A program made the position numbers and the translations under genes. A DNA stretch of 32,000 nucleotides from Dickeya solani IPO 2222. Lineage in GTDB: Bacteria > Pseudomonadota > Gammaproteobacteria > Enterobacterales > Enterobacteriaceae. Below, one piece after another: positions 10,647 through 18,193 of this stretch (position 1 is its first letter; every line of letters starts with the position of its first letter). Location: contig NZ_CP015137.1 in assembly GCF_001644705.1 (NCBI RefSeq), forward strand, positions 330,001-362,000, given 5' to 3'. The notes under the pieces are model-generated. The model was not told where the DNA came from. It saw only the letters and a list, made by a program, of their open reading frames with translations, and did not search any database.

Positions 10647-10903
10647 GAAAATCAGTATCCTCAAAACGGATTTAGGGATACGACTTTCAATGAGCGAAAC
10701 CACACCGTTTATTTCAATAAGAATAAAATCATCAAAGCGGCTAATCATTTAACTCAGGAAGTGTCACGCTTTTCTTTATTATTAATAATTATCATTATCC
10801 TGCAATATAAAATCCATTTGACCATACATATTGGGTCGTGAATACTGCCGAAAACTAATAAGGGTATAAACCCCGCCATCTGGCTAACTAACAGGAGTGA
10901 GCA

Positions 10904-11281
10904 ATGAAAAAAACTATTATGGCTATCAGTCTGGCAATCGCGGCGTCTACTGTAGCCCTGCCGTTTGCCAGTCAGGCTGCCGTCAAAGACGAAATGGGCG
11001 CCATGGCGAAGAGCTACAAAAGCGCTTCCAGCGCTAATGATGCCGCCACGCTGAAAGCAGATCTGCTGAACATGAAAGCGCATGCGACCAAGGCTAAAGC
11101 AGACCCGGAGTTCAATAACAGCCCGAATAGCGCGGTATTCAACGAAGGTCTGGAAAAACTGCTCAAACAGATCGATGCGGCTATCACGCTGGTTGATGCA
11201 GGTAAACTGCAGGAAGCCAAAGCCGCCACCGATGAACTGAAAAAAACCCGCGCCGAGTACCACAAAAAACTGGGCGTGTAA
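10904..11281 (+). CDS. cybC: Soluble cytochrome b562
   Basis: ORF track, 125 aa. Signal peptide [25 protein letters not shown], then a four-helix pattern. The C-terminal ELKKTRAEYHKK parallels E. coli QLKTTRNAYHQKYR (His heme ligand), and there is an N-terminal Met ligand region (DEMGAM). SD aggag lies 7 nt upstream. Confidence 0.85.
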   Translation: MKKTIMAISLAIAASTVALPFASQAAVKDEMGAMAKSYKSASSANDAATLKADLLNMKAHATKAKADPEFNNSPNSAVFNEGLEKLLKQIDAAITLVDAGKLQEAKAATDELKKTRAEYHKKLGV

Positions 11282-11685
11282 TTCACCAGTCACCGCAGCG
11301 GTGGGGCGTGTTATCACTGCTGCGGCCTTCCGTCTTCCCCGTCAATCATTAATAAAACAACGCAACCACTCTTTTTTCATCACCTTATATCGCTAGTTTA
11401 CTCCTCCCGGAGAATGCATTAGGAAACCACAGGGCATCATCAGGAAAATAACGCGATACGCATTCATTATAATAATTAACATAATCGGCAAGGGACGTAT
11501 TGAAAATTCCGAGAATGAGTCAAGCATCTGGATCTACTGTAGAAAATCCACTATAACCTAGAGAGTTTCATCATGTGCCACTATTGCAATATTGATGAAC
11601 ACACGACTGAATAGAATGAAACCAATCACATATTCTATTCATAGTTAACACTGACACATCATCATATGAAATGGAGATTCATTTT

Positions 11686-12963
11686 ATGCCTCTCGCTTAT
11701 TTGGATAAAAACCCAGTTACCCATAGCAAAAAACACGCTCCGCGGAAGAAATTGTTTCTGTCTTGTGCCGGTTTGGGATTAAGCCTTGCCTGCCTTTCCA
11801 GTAATGCCTGGGCGAGTGTTGAGCCATTATCCGTCAACGGTAATAAAATCTACGCAGGTGAAAAAGCCAAGAGTTTTGCCGGTAATAGCTTATTCTGGAG
11901 TAATAATGGTTGGGGTGGAGAAAAATTCTACACGGCCGATACCGTTGCTTCACTGAAAAAAGACTGGAAATCCAGCATTGTTCGCGCCGCCATGGGCGTT
12001 CAGGAAAGCGGTGGTTATCTGCAAGACCCTGCTGGCAACAAAACCAAAGTTGAAAAAGTGGTGGATGCCGCAATCGCCAACGATATGTATGTGATTATTG
12101 ACTGGCACTCGCATTCTGCAGAAAACAATCGCAGTGAAGCCATCCGCTTCTTCCAGGAAATGGCGCGTAAATATGGCAACAAGCCGAATGTCATTTATGA
12201 AATCTACAACGAACCGCTTCAGGTCTCATGGAGCAATACCATTAAACCTTATGCGGAAGCCGTGATTTCCGCCATTCGCGCCATTGACCCGGATAACCTG
12301 ATTATTGTCGGTACGCCCAGTTGGTCGCAAAATGTTGATGAAGCCTCACGCGATCCGATCAACGCCAAGAATATCGCCTATACGCTGCATTTCTACGCGG
12401 GGACCCATGGCGAGTCATTACGCAATAAAGCCCGTCAGGCGTTAAATAATGGTATTGCGCTTTTCGTCACCGAGTGGGGCGCGGTTAACGCGGACGGCAA
12501 TGGCGGAGTGAACCAGACAGAAACCGACGCCTGGGTAACGTTTATGCGTGATAACAACATCAGCAACGCAAACTGGGCGCTGAATGATAAAAACGAAGGG
12601 GCGTCAACCTATTATCCGGACTCTACAAACCTGACCGAGTCTGGCAAAAAAGTAAAATCGATCATTCAAAGCTGGCCATACAAAGTGGGTAACGCCGCCA
12701 GTGCAGCAACCGATCCGTCAACCGATACCACGAGCACCACCGTTGATGAACCGGCCACGACCGATACGCCGACAACAGCCAATTGCGCCAATGTCAACGT
12801 TTACCCCAACTGGGTTAGCAAAGACTGGGCGGGCGGGCAGCCTAATCATAACGAAGCAGGCCAATCGATCGTCTACAAAGGCAACCTTTATACCGCAAAC
12901 TGGTATACCTCATCCATCCCAGGCAGCGATGCCTCCTGGGCGCAGGTTGGTAGCTGTAACTGA
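11686..12963 (+). CDS. celZ: Endoglucanase Z: GH5 catalytic domain, Thr/Pro linker and C-terminal CBM5-type cellulose-binding domain
   Basis: From the second Met of the track ORF ([10 protein letters not shown]...) the sequence is almost colinear with Dickeya/Erwinia chrysanthemi EGZ as I remember it. It has a long signal peptide ending SSNAWA|SVEPLSV and GH5 motifs ([13 protein letters not shown]). The linker is [22 protein letters not shown]. The CBM is [15 protein letters not shown]...[12 protein letters not shown]...SC. Confidence 0.93.
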   Translation: MPLAYLDKNPVTHSKKHAPRKKLFLSCAGLGLSLACLSSNAWASVEPLSVNGNKIYAGEKAKSFAGNSLFWSNNGWGGEKFYTADTVASLKKDWKSSIVRAAMGVQESGGYLQDPAGNKTKVEKVVDAAIANDMYVIIDWHSHSAENNRSEAIRFFQEMARKYGNKPNVIYEIYNEPLQVSWSNTIKPYAEAVISAIRAIDPDNLIIVGTPSWSQNVDEASRDPINAKNIAYTLHFYAGTHGESLRNKARQALNNGIALFVTEWGAVNADGNGGVNQTETDAWVTFMRDNNISNANWALNDKNEGASTYYPDSTNLTESGKKVKSIIQSWPYKVGNAASAATDPSTDTTSTTVDEPATTDTPTTANCANVNVYPNWVSKDWAGGQPNHNEAGQSIVYKGNLYTANWYTSSIPGSDASWAQVGSCN

Positions 12964-12984
12964 TTGATTAGTTTTTTCACACCC

Positions 12985-13020
12985 AAAAAACAGGGCTGCG
13001 CGATTGCAGCCCTGCTATAT
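12985..13020. terminator. Shared hairpin terminator between convergent celZ and pelL
   Basis: 9-bp stem cagggctgc (12991-12999) / gcagccctg (13006-13014) with a 6-nt loop. The A6 run at 12985-12990 gives a U-tract for the minus-strand (pelL) transcript. The U-tract for celZ is weak. Confidence 0.7.
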
Positions 13021-13033
13021 AACATCCCATCAG

Positions 13034-14311
13034 TTAATTGCGTTCAAAAGCGCCCAAATCCGGTGCGCTACCTGAATAGCTGATATTGCTCTCTTTCGTA
13101 CCCGCGTTAATCAGCTTTGAGTTAGCCGACAGACGGAATAACGAGGTTTCCGGCAACGTGCCGTCATTATCACGAGATACGGTAGCCAGCGAAGTATCCA
13201 GGCTGAAGAAATCGGACGCGGAAGCCGCCGGCCCCGTATCCCATGAGTTGGATTTCGCATCCGCATTATTGACCGTTACAGACGCAGACAGAGACACGTT
13301 GTTACGAAAGTAATGTTTCTGACCTGACTGTACGTTGCTCCCAAAACCATAATTAATGCCGTTTTTATATGACGTGTTATTTATTACCGTGACGCCGCCG
13401 GCGTTATTATTCTGATCAAAGCCTTTGCTCACATTGCCAAACGCAACGGAACGAGTAATACGATGATTGCCAACAGCCTGATTACCGCCCAGTTTGAACC
13501 CGTTGCCATTGCCGGCGAACGAGCTGTCATTCCAGTAATTAATACCATTACGGAAAGCCCAACTGTCTTCAATCACGACTTTCTGCGGACTGTCAAATAA
13601 GTCAAACCCGTCATCCGAGTTTTCCCAGGCGCGACAACCGACAAAGCGGTTACCCGGCCCCTGTTTTTGTTTTGGTCCAAACCCATCGGCCATACTGCCG
13701 TTCTTCTTGGGATCATAGTTACGATAGGCATCGGAATTAATTACCGTGTTGTATGACCCGCCGTTATTGATTTCAAGACCGGTATTACGGTTATGATGGA
13801 ACGCCGTATTCTCAAAGGTATTATGGCTACCAATCACATAAGCTCCCTGATAACCGGCTCGGGTTACCTCAACGCCTTTGAAATACCAGTAGTCGCCGGT
13901 CACATAAAACCCGTAAGACGCCTGTACCCATTGGCTGTCAGGGAATGAAAAGTCAAATACCGCCCGGCCACAATTGGCGGTTGCCACATAAATTGGCGCC
14001 CCCTCTTTCCCGGATTTATTGAATGTAATGGTATTCCCTTTTCCCTGAGTATAAGGAATGGTATAGGTTCCTGGTTTCAACAGAATCAACTCGCCAGGGT
14101 TAACCGCCGCCATAGCGGCGGAAAAACTCATCGGAGAATTAAAACTGCCGCCGTTATTGCTGCTGTTACCATTCGGCGCAACATAATAAATACGCTTGGT
14201 GCTAATTCCGCTGGTGAGATCTGAACTGCAGTCCGCTGCCAGAACTGACGTGCTATTTACCAGAAAAAATGCCGCCAACCCGGTACTGATAAAGCAATTT
14301 AAATATTTCAT
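13034..14311 (-). CDS. pelL: Pectate lyase L (PL9, right-handed beta-helix)
   Basis: From the Met at 14311 (GAGG 7 nt upstream): MKYLNCFISTGLAAFFLVNSTSVLA|ADCSSDL... The body (YYVAPNGNSSNNG...GELILLKPGTYTIPY...NSDDGFDLF...GNGNGFKLGG) matches my memory of Dickeya PelL/Pel9A. The track start at 14323 has no SD. Confidence 0.9.
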   Translation of the reverse strand: MKYLNCFISTGLAAFFLVNSTSVLAADCSSDLTSGISTKRIYYVAPNGNSSNNGGSFNSPMSFSAAMAAVNPGELILLKPGTYTIPYTQGKGNTITFNKSGKEGAPIYVATANCGRAVFDFSFPDSQWVQASYGFYVTGDYWYFKGVEVTRAGYQGAYVIGSHNTFENTAFHHNRNTGLEINNGGSYNTVINSDAYRNYDPKKNGSMADGFGPKQKQGPGNRFVGCRAWENSDDGFDLFDSPQKVVIEDSWAFRNGINYWNDSSFAGNGNGFKLGGNQAVGNHRITRSVAFGNVSKGFDQNNNAGGVTVINNTSYKNGINYGFGSNVQSGQKHYFRNNVSLSASVTVNNADAKSNSWDTGPAASASDFFSLDTSLATVSRDNDGTLPETSLFRLSANSKLINAGTKESNISYSGSAPDLGAFERN

Positions 14312-14454
14312 CCTTTGCCTCATAATGTTGTAAAAATTATCTATCCATTGGCCTCAAGATGCATACTCCGGCAAATGTCGTCAGGCGGGGAAAAGGCTGT
14401 GATCCGCTGCATCTAAAATCGATAGCCTAATGAATCAGTCTGTCACTGTGAAAA

Positions 14455-14667
14455 TTACGTTGGAAGGGTACCATTCCTTCGGTTTTCCCTGAACAGAGGC
14501 TGTTCTGAGTACATTGCATCCTGCATATTGAGGTGGCGTGAGTATACTACGTTTACGGTATATGAATACTGACCGCAACCGGATGCTATTCGGTTGTTAA
14601 AGACATATATGCCATTCGCAGCACATCCGCTATGATAAAGCATCAGGCAAAAGACAAAAAAAGCCAT
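14455..14667 (-). CDS. Hypothetical small Cys-containing protein with a hydrophobic N-terminus
   Basis: ORF track, 70 aa. Good SD (tAGGTGAGcgagaaATG). MAFFVFCLMLYHSGC is signal- or lipobox-like but not canonical. It lies in an AT-rich tract. No homology recognised. Confidence 0.3.
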   Translation of the reverse strand: MAFFVFCLMLYHSGCAANGIYVFNNRIASGCGQYSYTVNVVYSRHLNMQDAMYSEQPLFRENRRNGTLPT

Positions 14668-15006
14668 TTCTCGCTCACCTAAATAAAAATCACATTATTA
14701 GTGTATTAATTTAATATTGAGAGCATCATTTATATTTGAATAGAATAACCATTGTACTTAATAGCAGATAAAGATATTGCCGCACGGATGTCTTGCTATC
14801 TCCATCTGACAACACCGGCTGTTCATCCCCACATTACCGCCTCCAGCAACCCCGTGTTTGCTGATAACTGAGCCATCACCCATCGCTGCCATCACCATGT
14901 GGCAGCTGGTTTAATGACAGGCATATAACGCGAGACAACGCGTGAAAGCATCCTGTTATCTCCGCCGTTATTACTCTGCCTGAAAAACCAACGACTGGAC
15001 TCACAC

Positions 15007-15318
15007 ATGAATGAAACAGATAAAAGCATCGTCTCTCTATTTATCATCGGCACGCTGATTGCCGCCGGCAAAGTGCTGGCGGGCAGCGAGCCCATCACAC
15101 TGCGGCTATTTATTGGTCGCGTGATGCTGGGCGGTTTTGTCTCAATGATGGCAGGCATCGCACTGGTACAGTTCCCTGACCTGTCGCCCGTCGCTATCAA
15201 CGGCATTGGCGCCGCACTGGGCATCGCCGGCTACCAGACTATCGAACTGCTTATTCAACGCCGTGTTCGCCAACTGGGCAAAAAAAACACACCAGGGAAA
15301 AATAACGATGCTCAATAA
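15007..15318 (+). CDS. Class I (three-TMD) phage-type holin
   Basis: ORF track, 103 aa. Three hydrophobic segments (SIVSLFIIGTLIAAGKVLAG; LRLFIGRVMLGGFVSMMAGIALV; VAINGIGAALGIAGYQTIELLI) are followed by a basic tail, QRRVRQLGKKNTPGKNN. Its 3' end overlaps the endolysin start by 11 nt. Confidence 0.8.
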   Translation: MNETDKSIVSLFIIGTLIAAGKVLAGSEPITLRLFIGRVMLGGFVSMMAGIALVQFPDLSPVAINGIGAALGIAGYQTIELLIQRRVRQLGKKNTPGKNNDAQ

Positions 15319-15796
15319 TCCTAACCTTATTGCGTTTTTAGATATGCTGGCTTTTTCCGAAGGGACCGCAACACATCCGCTCACCTGTAATCGTGGCTAC
15401 GACGTGATTGTCACCGGGATTGATGGCAAACCAGAGATTTTCACCGACTATCGGGATCATCCATTCGCCAATGGCCGTCCGGGCAAAATCTTCAACAAGC
15501 AGGGGCAGCGATCCACCGCTGCCGGACGCTATCAGCAGCTTTACCGCTACTGGCCCGCCTACAAAACGCAGTTGGCGTTGCCGGATTTCGGACCCCATTC
15601 GCAGGATACGCTGGCTATCCAGCTGATTCGGGAACAGCGTGCGTTGGACGACATTATGCAAGGCCGGCTTACCCTCGCCATTACCCGATGCAACAACATC
15701 TGGGCCTCATTACCGGGGGCTGGCTATGGCCAGCGCGAGCATAATGCCGAGCGATTGGTCGCCGTGTACCAGCAAGCAGGTGGGAGACTTGAATGA
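15308..15796 (+). CDS. Lambda-R-type endolysin (lytic transglycosylase, GH104-like)
   Basis: From Met35 of the track ORF: MLNNPNLIAFLDMLAFSEGT...GYDVIVTG...FTDYRDHPF...STAAGRYQ...LPDFGPHSQDTLAIQLI...RCNNIWASLPGAGYGQREH is colinear with phage lambda R as I remember it, including the catalytic Glu in SEGT. There is no N-terminal TM/SAR segment. Confidence 0.9.
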   Translation: MLNNPNLIAFLDMLAFSEGTATHPLTCNRGYDVIVTGIDGKPEIFTDYRDHPFANGRPGKIFNKQGQRSTAAGRYQQLYRYWPAYKTQLALPDFGPHSQDTLAIQLIREQRALDDIMQGRLTLAITRCNNIWASLPGAGYGQREHNAERLVAVYQQAGGRLE

Positions 15797-16233
15797 AAAG
15801 CGCCATGATCATCGCGGCCATCATGATTGCGCTTATCACAGGGGTTGGCGTGCAGTCCTGGCGGCTGCACAACGCCCGTCAGTTAACCGAACAGCAAGCG
15901 CAGACACTGTCGTTGCAACAGACAGCGCTGGATGAAAAATCCGGCCAGTTGAAAGCGCTGTCCGAACAGGCTGAACGCAACAATCTTGAGCAGGCACGAT
16001 TGCGCGACATGGCCGCCGATACTCAGGCGGCGCTCTCGCAACGGCAAAAAGTGGTGATGAGGTTACAACATGAGAACGAAGCGCTTAAACGCTGGGCTGA
16101 CACTGATCTGCCTGCTGATATTATCCGGCTGCGTCAGCGCCCCGCCTTCGCCGGTGGCCGTGCTTACCGTGAATGGCTGTCCCAGACTGACGCCCTGCCG
16201 GTTCCCGGCGGCCAGTCCACAAACCAACGGTGA
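15793..16233 (+). CDS. i-spanin (Rz-like)
   Basis: ORF track, 146 aa. N-terminal TM (AMIIAAIMIALITGVGV) followed by a long Gln/Ala/Leu-rich coiled-coil-like periplasmic part. ATGA overlap with the endolysin stop (15793-15796). Confidence 0.8.
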   Translation: MKSAMIIAAIMIALITGVGVQSWRLHNARQLTEQQAQTLSLQQTALDEKSGQLKALSEQAERNNLEQARLRDMAADTQAALSQRQKVVMRLQHENEALKRWADTDLPADIIRLRQRPAFAGGRAYREWLSQTDALPVPGGQSTNQR

Positions 16234-16405
16234 GCTGAACAGTCTGCTGGATGAAACTGAAGCCGCGCTGGCGACTTGCGCCGATCAGGTGGATACCATT
16301 ATTGCCTGTCAGGCAAAAAGCGATGCAACGCCCGACGCCACTGCTGCATCAGGGAATCAACCAGGCAGAGATTCAACAGGGATAGGTACGTCTGTGCCGC
16401 AATGA
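16070..16405 (+). CDS. o-spanin (Rz1-like outer-membrane lipoprotein), overlapped architecture
   Basis: ORF track, 111 aa, in the +1 frame of Rz. Lipobox LLILSG|C. The mature N-terminus is Pro-rich (VSAPPSPV...CPRLTPCRFPAASP). SD GAGG lies 8 nt upstream. It starts inside Rz and runs 172 nt past the Rz stop. Confidence 0.75.
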   Translation: MRTKRLNAGLTLICLLILSGCVSAPPSPVAVLTVNGCPRLTPCRFPAASPQTNGELNSLLDETEAALATCADQVDTIIACQAKSDATPDATAASGNQPGRDSTGIGTSVPQ

Positions 16406-16525
16406 TCTCCGCCCTTGAGACAAGGTGGACCACTGGAAGATAAAGTTGGGAAGCGATGTTTCAGACTTGGACGTCAGGGCGACCGAGCCAGGAAATTGAG
16501 GTATTCCCATTCAAGCCAGTCGCTC

Positions 16526-16807
16526 ATGACTTTCAACCCAAATCAGGTCGTGTTTTCTCTTTTATCGACGCACTCTGCATGTATATACGGCCTATGCCTT
16601 TTCGTTTTAGCCGCCACAGTATTTCTCTGGCAGCACCTCTCAACGAATTTGCAGGCTTTTCAAAACCGAAATTTTAGGGTCGACGGTATTGTCTACATAT
16701 TCCTCTTTATGAGGACACGGGTAAAAACAGATCTGGAGGTAGCGGGCCTGTTCACGTTTCGGCCTGGCGGTTACGCTATTGCAGTGGGGCTGACGCGGCG
16801 GCAATAA
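16526..16807 (+). CDS. Hypothetical membrane protein (start uncertain)
   Basis: The internal Met of track ORF 16415..16807 gives MTFNPNQVVFSLLSTHSACIYGLCLFVLAATVFLWQH..., with one clear TM. No SD and no recognisable family. Confidence 0.3.
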   Translation: MTFNPNQVVFSLLSTHSACIYGLCLFVLAATVFLWQHLSTNLQAFQNRNFRVDGIVYIFLFMRTRVKTDLEVAGLFTFRPGGYAIAVGLTRRQ

Positions 16808-16826
16808 AAAACCGCCCGAAGGCGGC
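16805..16826 (-). terminator. Rho-independent terminator of the 16845..17042 gene
   Basis: GC stem ccgcc (16812-16816) / ggcgg (16821-16825) with tetraloop cgaa. On the minus strand it is followed by a T6 run (A6 at 16806-16811 on the plus strand). Confidence 0.6.
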
Positions 16827-16844
16827 CATAACGCGTTAAGGTTA

Positions 16845-17042
16845 TTAATCGTTCTCTAACGCACGCTGAATAATATCAGCGGTTTGAGTGATTCTACTAC
16901 CGATCGCATCCAGAGCGACTTGCACACCACTTTCGCTGGCACCCTCTTTGATGATTTCGAGTATAGCTGAGACGACTATCTCTCTCTTCTCTTCATCACT
17001 TCTTGCGACATCATGCTGATCATAAAAATAATTCTTAAGCAT
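16845..17042 (-). CDS. Small acidic helical protein of unknown function (65 aa)
   Basis: ORF track. Excellent SD (aAAGGAGtctttATG) and its own terminator. No signal peptide or TM. Family not recognised. Confidence 0.6.
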   Translation of the reverse strand: MLKNYFYDQHDVARSDEEKREIVVSAILEIIKEGASESGVQVALDAIGSRITQTADIIQRALEND

Positions 17043-17293
17043 AAAGACTCCTTTTCATTATCAATGGGCGCAGCATATCGCTAAGATTATTCTGAATAAA
17101 GCATTATCACAGGTAATCAGTGATCTCCGCGTTTACATGCCTTTCCTCTGCTCAATCGCTGAGCCAAACGCATGGAAAAGCCGTTGTGACCGTAGGTCCG
17201 GAACAAAGACAGCGCAGTCGGGCAGATCGCCAATAACCCTAAGACACTGCTTTTGAGATTATCATTACTTTAGGAGGGTAACGAGATATAAGG

Positions 17294-17480
17294 ATGAATA
17301 GCAGGACGCTAATAGCAGAAATCAGGGCGACGATTGGGAGAACTGATAAGAATTAACGGAAGTCATCAGCACTTTACCCATCCAACCAAACCGGGATTAG
17401 CGGCCATTCCCTACCCTAAGAAGGATTGACCGATAGACACGGTAAAAAGCATCTGGAAATGGCCGCCACTTGCCACATTA
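17294..17480 (+). pseudogene. hicA: hicA-family mRNA-interferase toxin gene, decayed
   Basis: ATG 17294 follows AGGAGG. Frame 0 reads MNSRTLIAEIRA..., then stops at 17354. The HicA-like continuation ELIRINGSHQHFTHPTKPGLAAIPYPKKD*PIDTVKSIW lies in the +1 frame from ~17331 and contains an in-frame TGA at 17427-17429. No hicB follows. Confidence 0.5.
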
Positions 17481-17487
17481 CAGGCAC

Positions 17488-17509
17488 AAAAAAACCGCCT
17501 CGTGGCGGT
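17488..17509 (-). terminator. Rho-independent terminator of the tRNA operon
   Basis: Stem accgcc (17494-17499) / ggcggt (17504-17509) with loop tcgt. On the minus strand it is followed by a T7 run (A run at 17488-17494 on the plus strand). It lies ~48 nt downstream of the tRNA-Leu 3' end. Confidence 0.7.
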
Positions 17510-17556
17510 CATGTTCTTTTATTTATTTTCTTATTCATCAAGGCGTTAGCACATAG

Positions 17557-17640
17557 TGCCCAGAGCGGGACTTGAACCCGCACAGCGCGAACGCCGAGGG
17601 ATTTTAAATCCCTTGTGTCTACCGATTCCACCATCTGGGC
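17557..17640 (-). tRNA. leuZ: tRNA-Leu (anticodon UAA)
   Basis: Reverse complement: GCCCAGATGGTGGAATCGGTAGACACAAGGGATTTAAAATCCCTCGGCGTTCGCGCTGTGCGGGTTCAAGTCCCGCTCTGGGCA. Acceptor stem GCCCAGA/TCTGGGC, anticodon loop TTTAAAA (UAA) and a long variable arm. It is almost identical to E. coli leuZ as I remember it. The genomic 3' trailer is CTA, not CCA. Confidence 0.93.
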
Positions 17641-17648
17641 TCAGATTT

Positions 17649-17722
17649 TGGAGGCGCGTCCCGGAGTCGAACCGAGGTGGGCGGATTTGCAATCCGCTGC
17701 ATGGCCACTCTGCCAACGCGCC
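17649..17722 (-). tRNA. cysT: tRNA-Cys (anticodon GCA)
   Basis: Reverse complement: GGCGCGTTGGCAGAGTGGCCATGCAGCGGATTGCAAATCCGCCCACCTCGGTTCGACTCCGGGACGCGCCTCCA. Acceptor stem GGCGCGT/ACGCGCC, anticodon loop TTGCAAA, CCA encoded. An 8-nt spacer separates it from tRNA-Leu. Confidence 0.93.
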
Positions 17723-17756
17723 TTACCTTGATGCTACTGCTAAATCGATTTGGATT

Positions 17757-17781
17757 TGCATCGGGAAACGAAACTAGAACT
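17757..17781 (-). pseudogene. glyW: 3'-terminal fragment of tRNA-Gly(GCC) (glyW remnant)
   Basis: Plus strand cgggaaacgaaactagaact (17762-17781) matches the complement of the remembered E. coli tRNA-Gly(GCC) T-arm/acceptor 3' end, CGGGAAACGAGACTCGAACT, at 18 of 20 positions. Similarity stops abruptly afterwards. It sits ~35 nt upstream of cysT, where glyW lies in the E. coli glyW-cysT-leuZ operon. Confidence 0.5.
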
Positions 17782-18193
17782 TAGCTCATAACTCTTTGTT
17801 TTCAAATCGTTTTTTTCACCCTGTTTAACAGGATGGACGGCATTATGGACTAACTCTGAGTATATGGCAAGTCCCTTTATGCAATTTTTTCCTATAAGCA
17901 TTCATGCAAAATGACCCGCATATTCTTCACCTTCCTATTCTTCAAACCTGGTGCTTCCGCGGGGCCTTACCCGCTCCTCTACCAGACCGGTTCCTCTATC
18001 ATGGTCCCCGGGCTGCTTCACGCTGTGCAACAATGTGTGCCGCAGCTGCCGGATGAGATTGGCGTAAACCTTAAAGACGGCTACCCCAAGCATCGGGGAA
18101 AATGGTGCAAGAAGCTTCGTTTTTTTGAAAGCATGGTGCCGGGCCGTCACCCGTTATGAAAAAACGGCCAGAAACGCGCTCTCGATGGTGAAA

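Noticed and set aside
10754-11317. 187-aa minus-strand ORF overlapping cybC (and 11014..11286)
   Set aside because: The plus-strand frame has an SD, a signal peptide and cytochrome b562 similarity. The antisense ORFs have none of these.
12701-12967. 88-aa alternative-frame ORF in the celZ linker/CBM region
   Set aside because: It lies within celZ in another frame. Its Pro/Arg-rich translation is an artefact of the Thr/Pro-linker codons.
14324-14454. Search for a KdgR operator upstream of pelL
   Set aside because: I saw nothing resembling the AT-rich TGAAA...TTTCA-type palindrome I remember for KdgR boxes.
15206-15307. 5' extension of the endolysin ORF (track start 15206)
   Set aside because: The extension overlaps the holin gene in another frame and has no similarity to lambda R. 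Homology begins exactly at the Met at 15308.
17911-18159. Mutually antisense ORFs 17911..18159 (+) and 17935..18150 (-) between the glyW remnant and the MATE gene
   Set aside because: Neither has an SD, a signal or any motif I recognise (I checked for integrase, PPTase, MbtH-like and regulator signatures). They may be a gene relic, but I cannot support a call.
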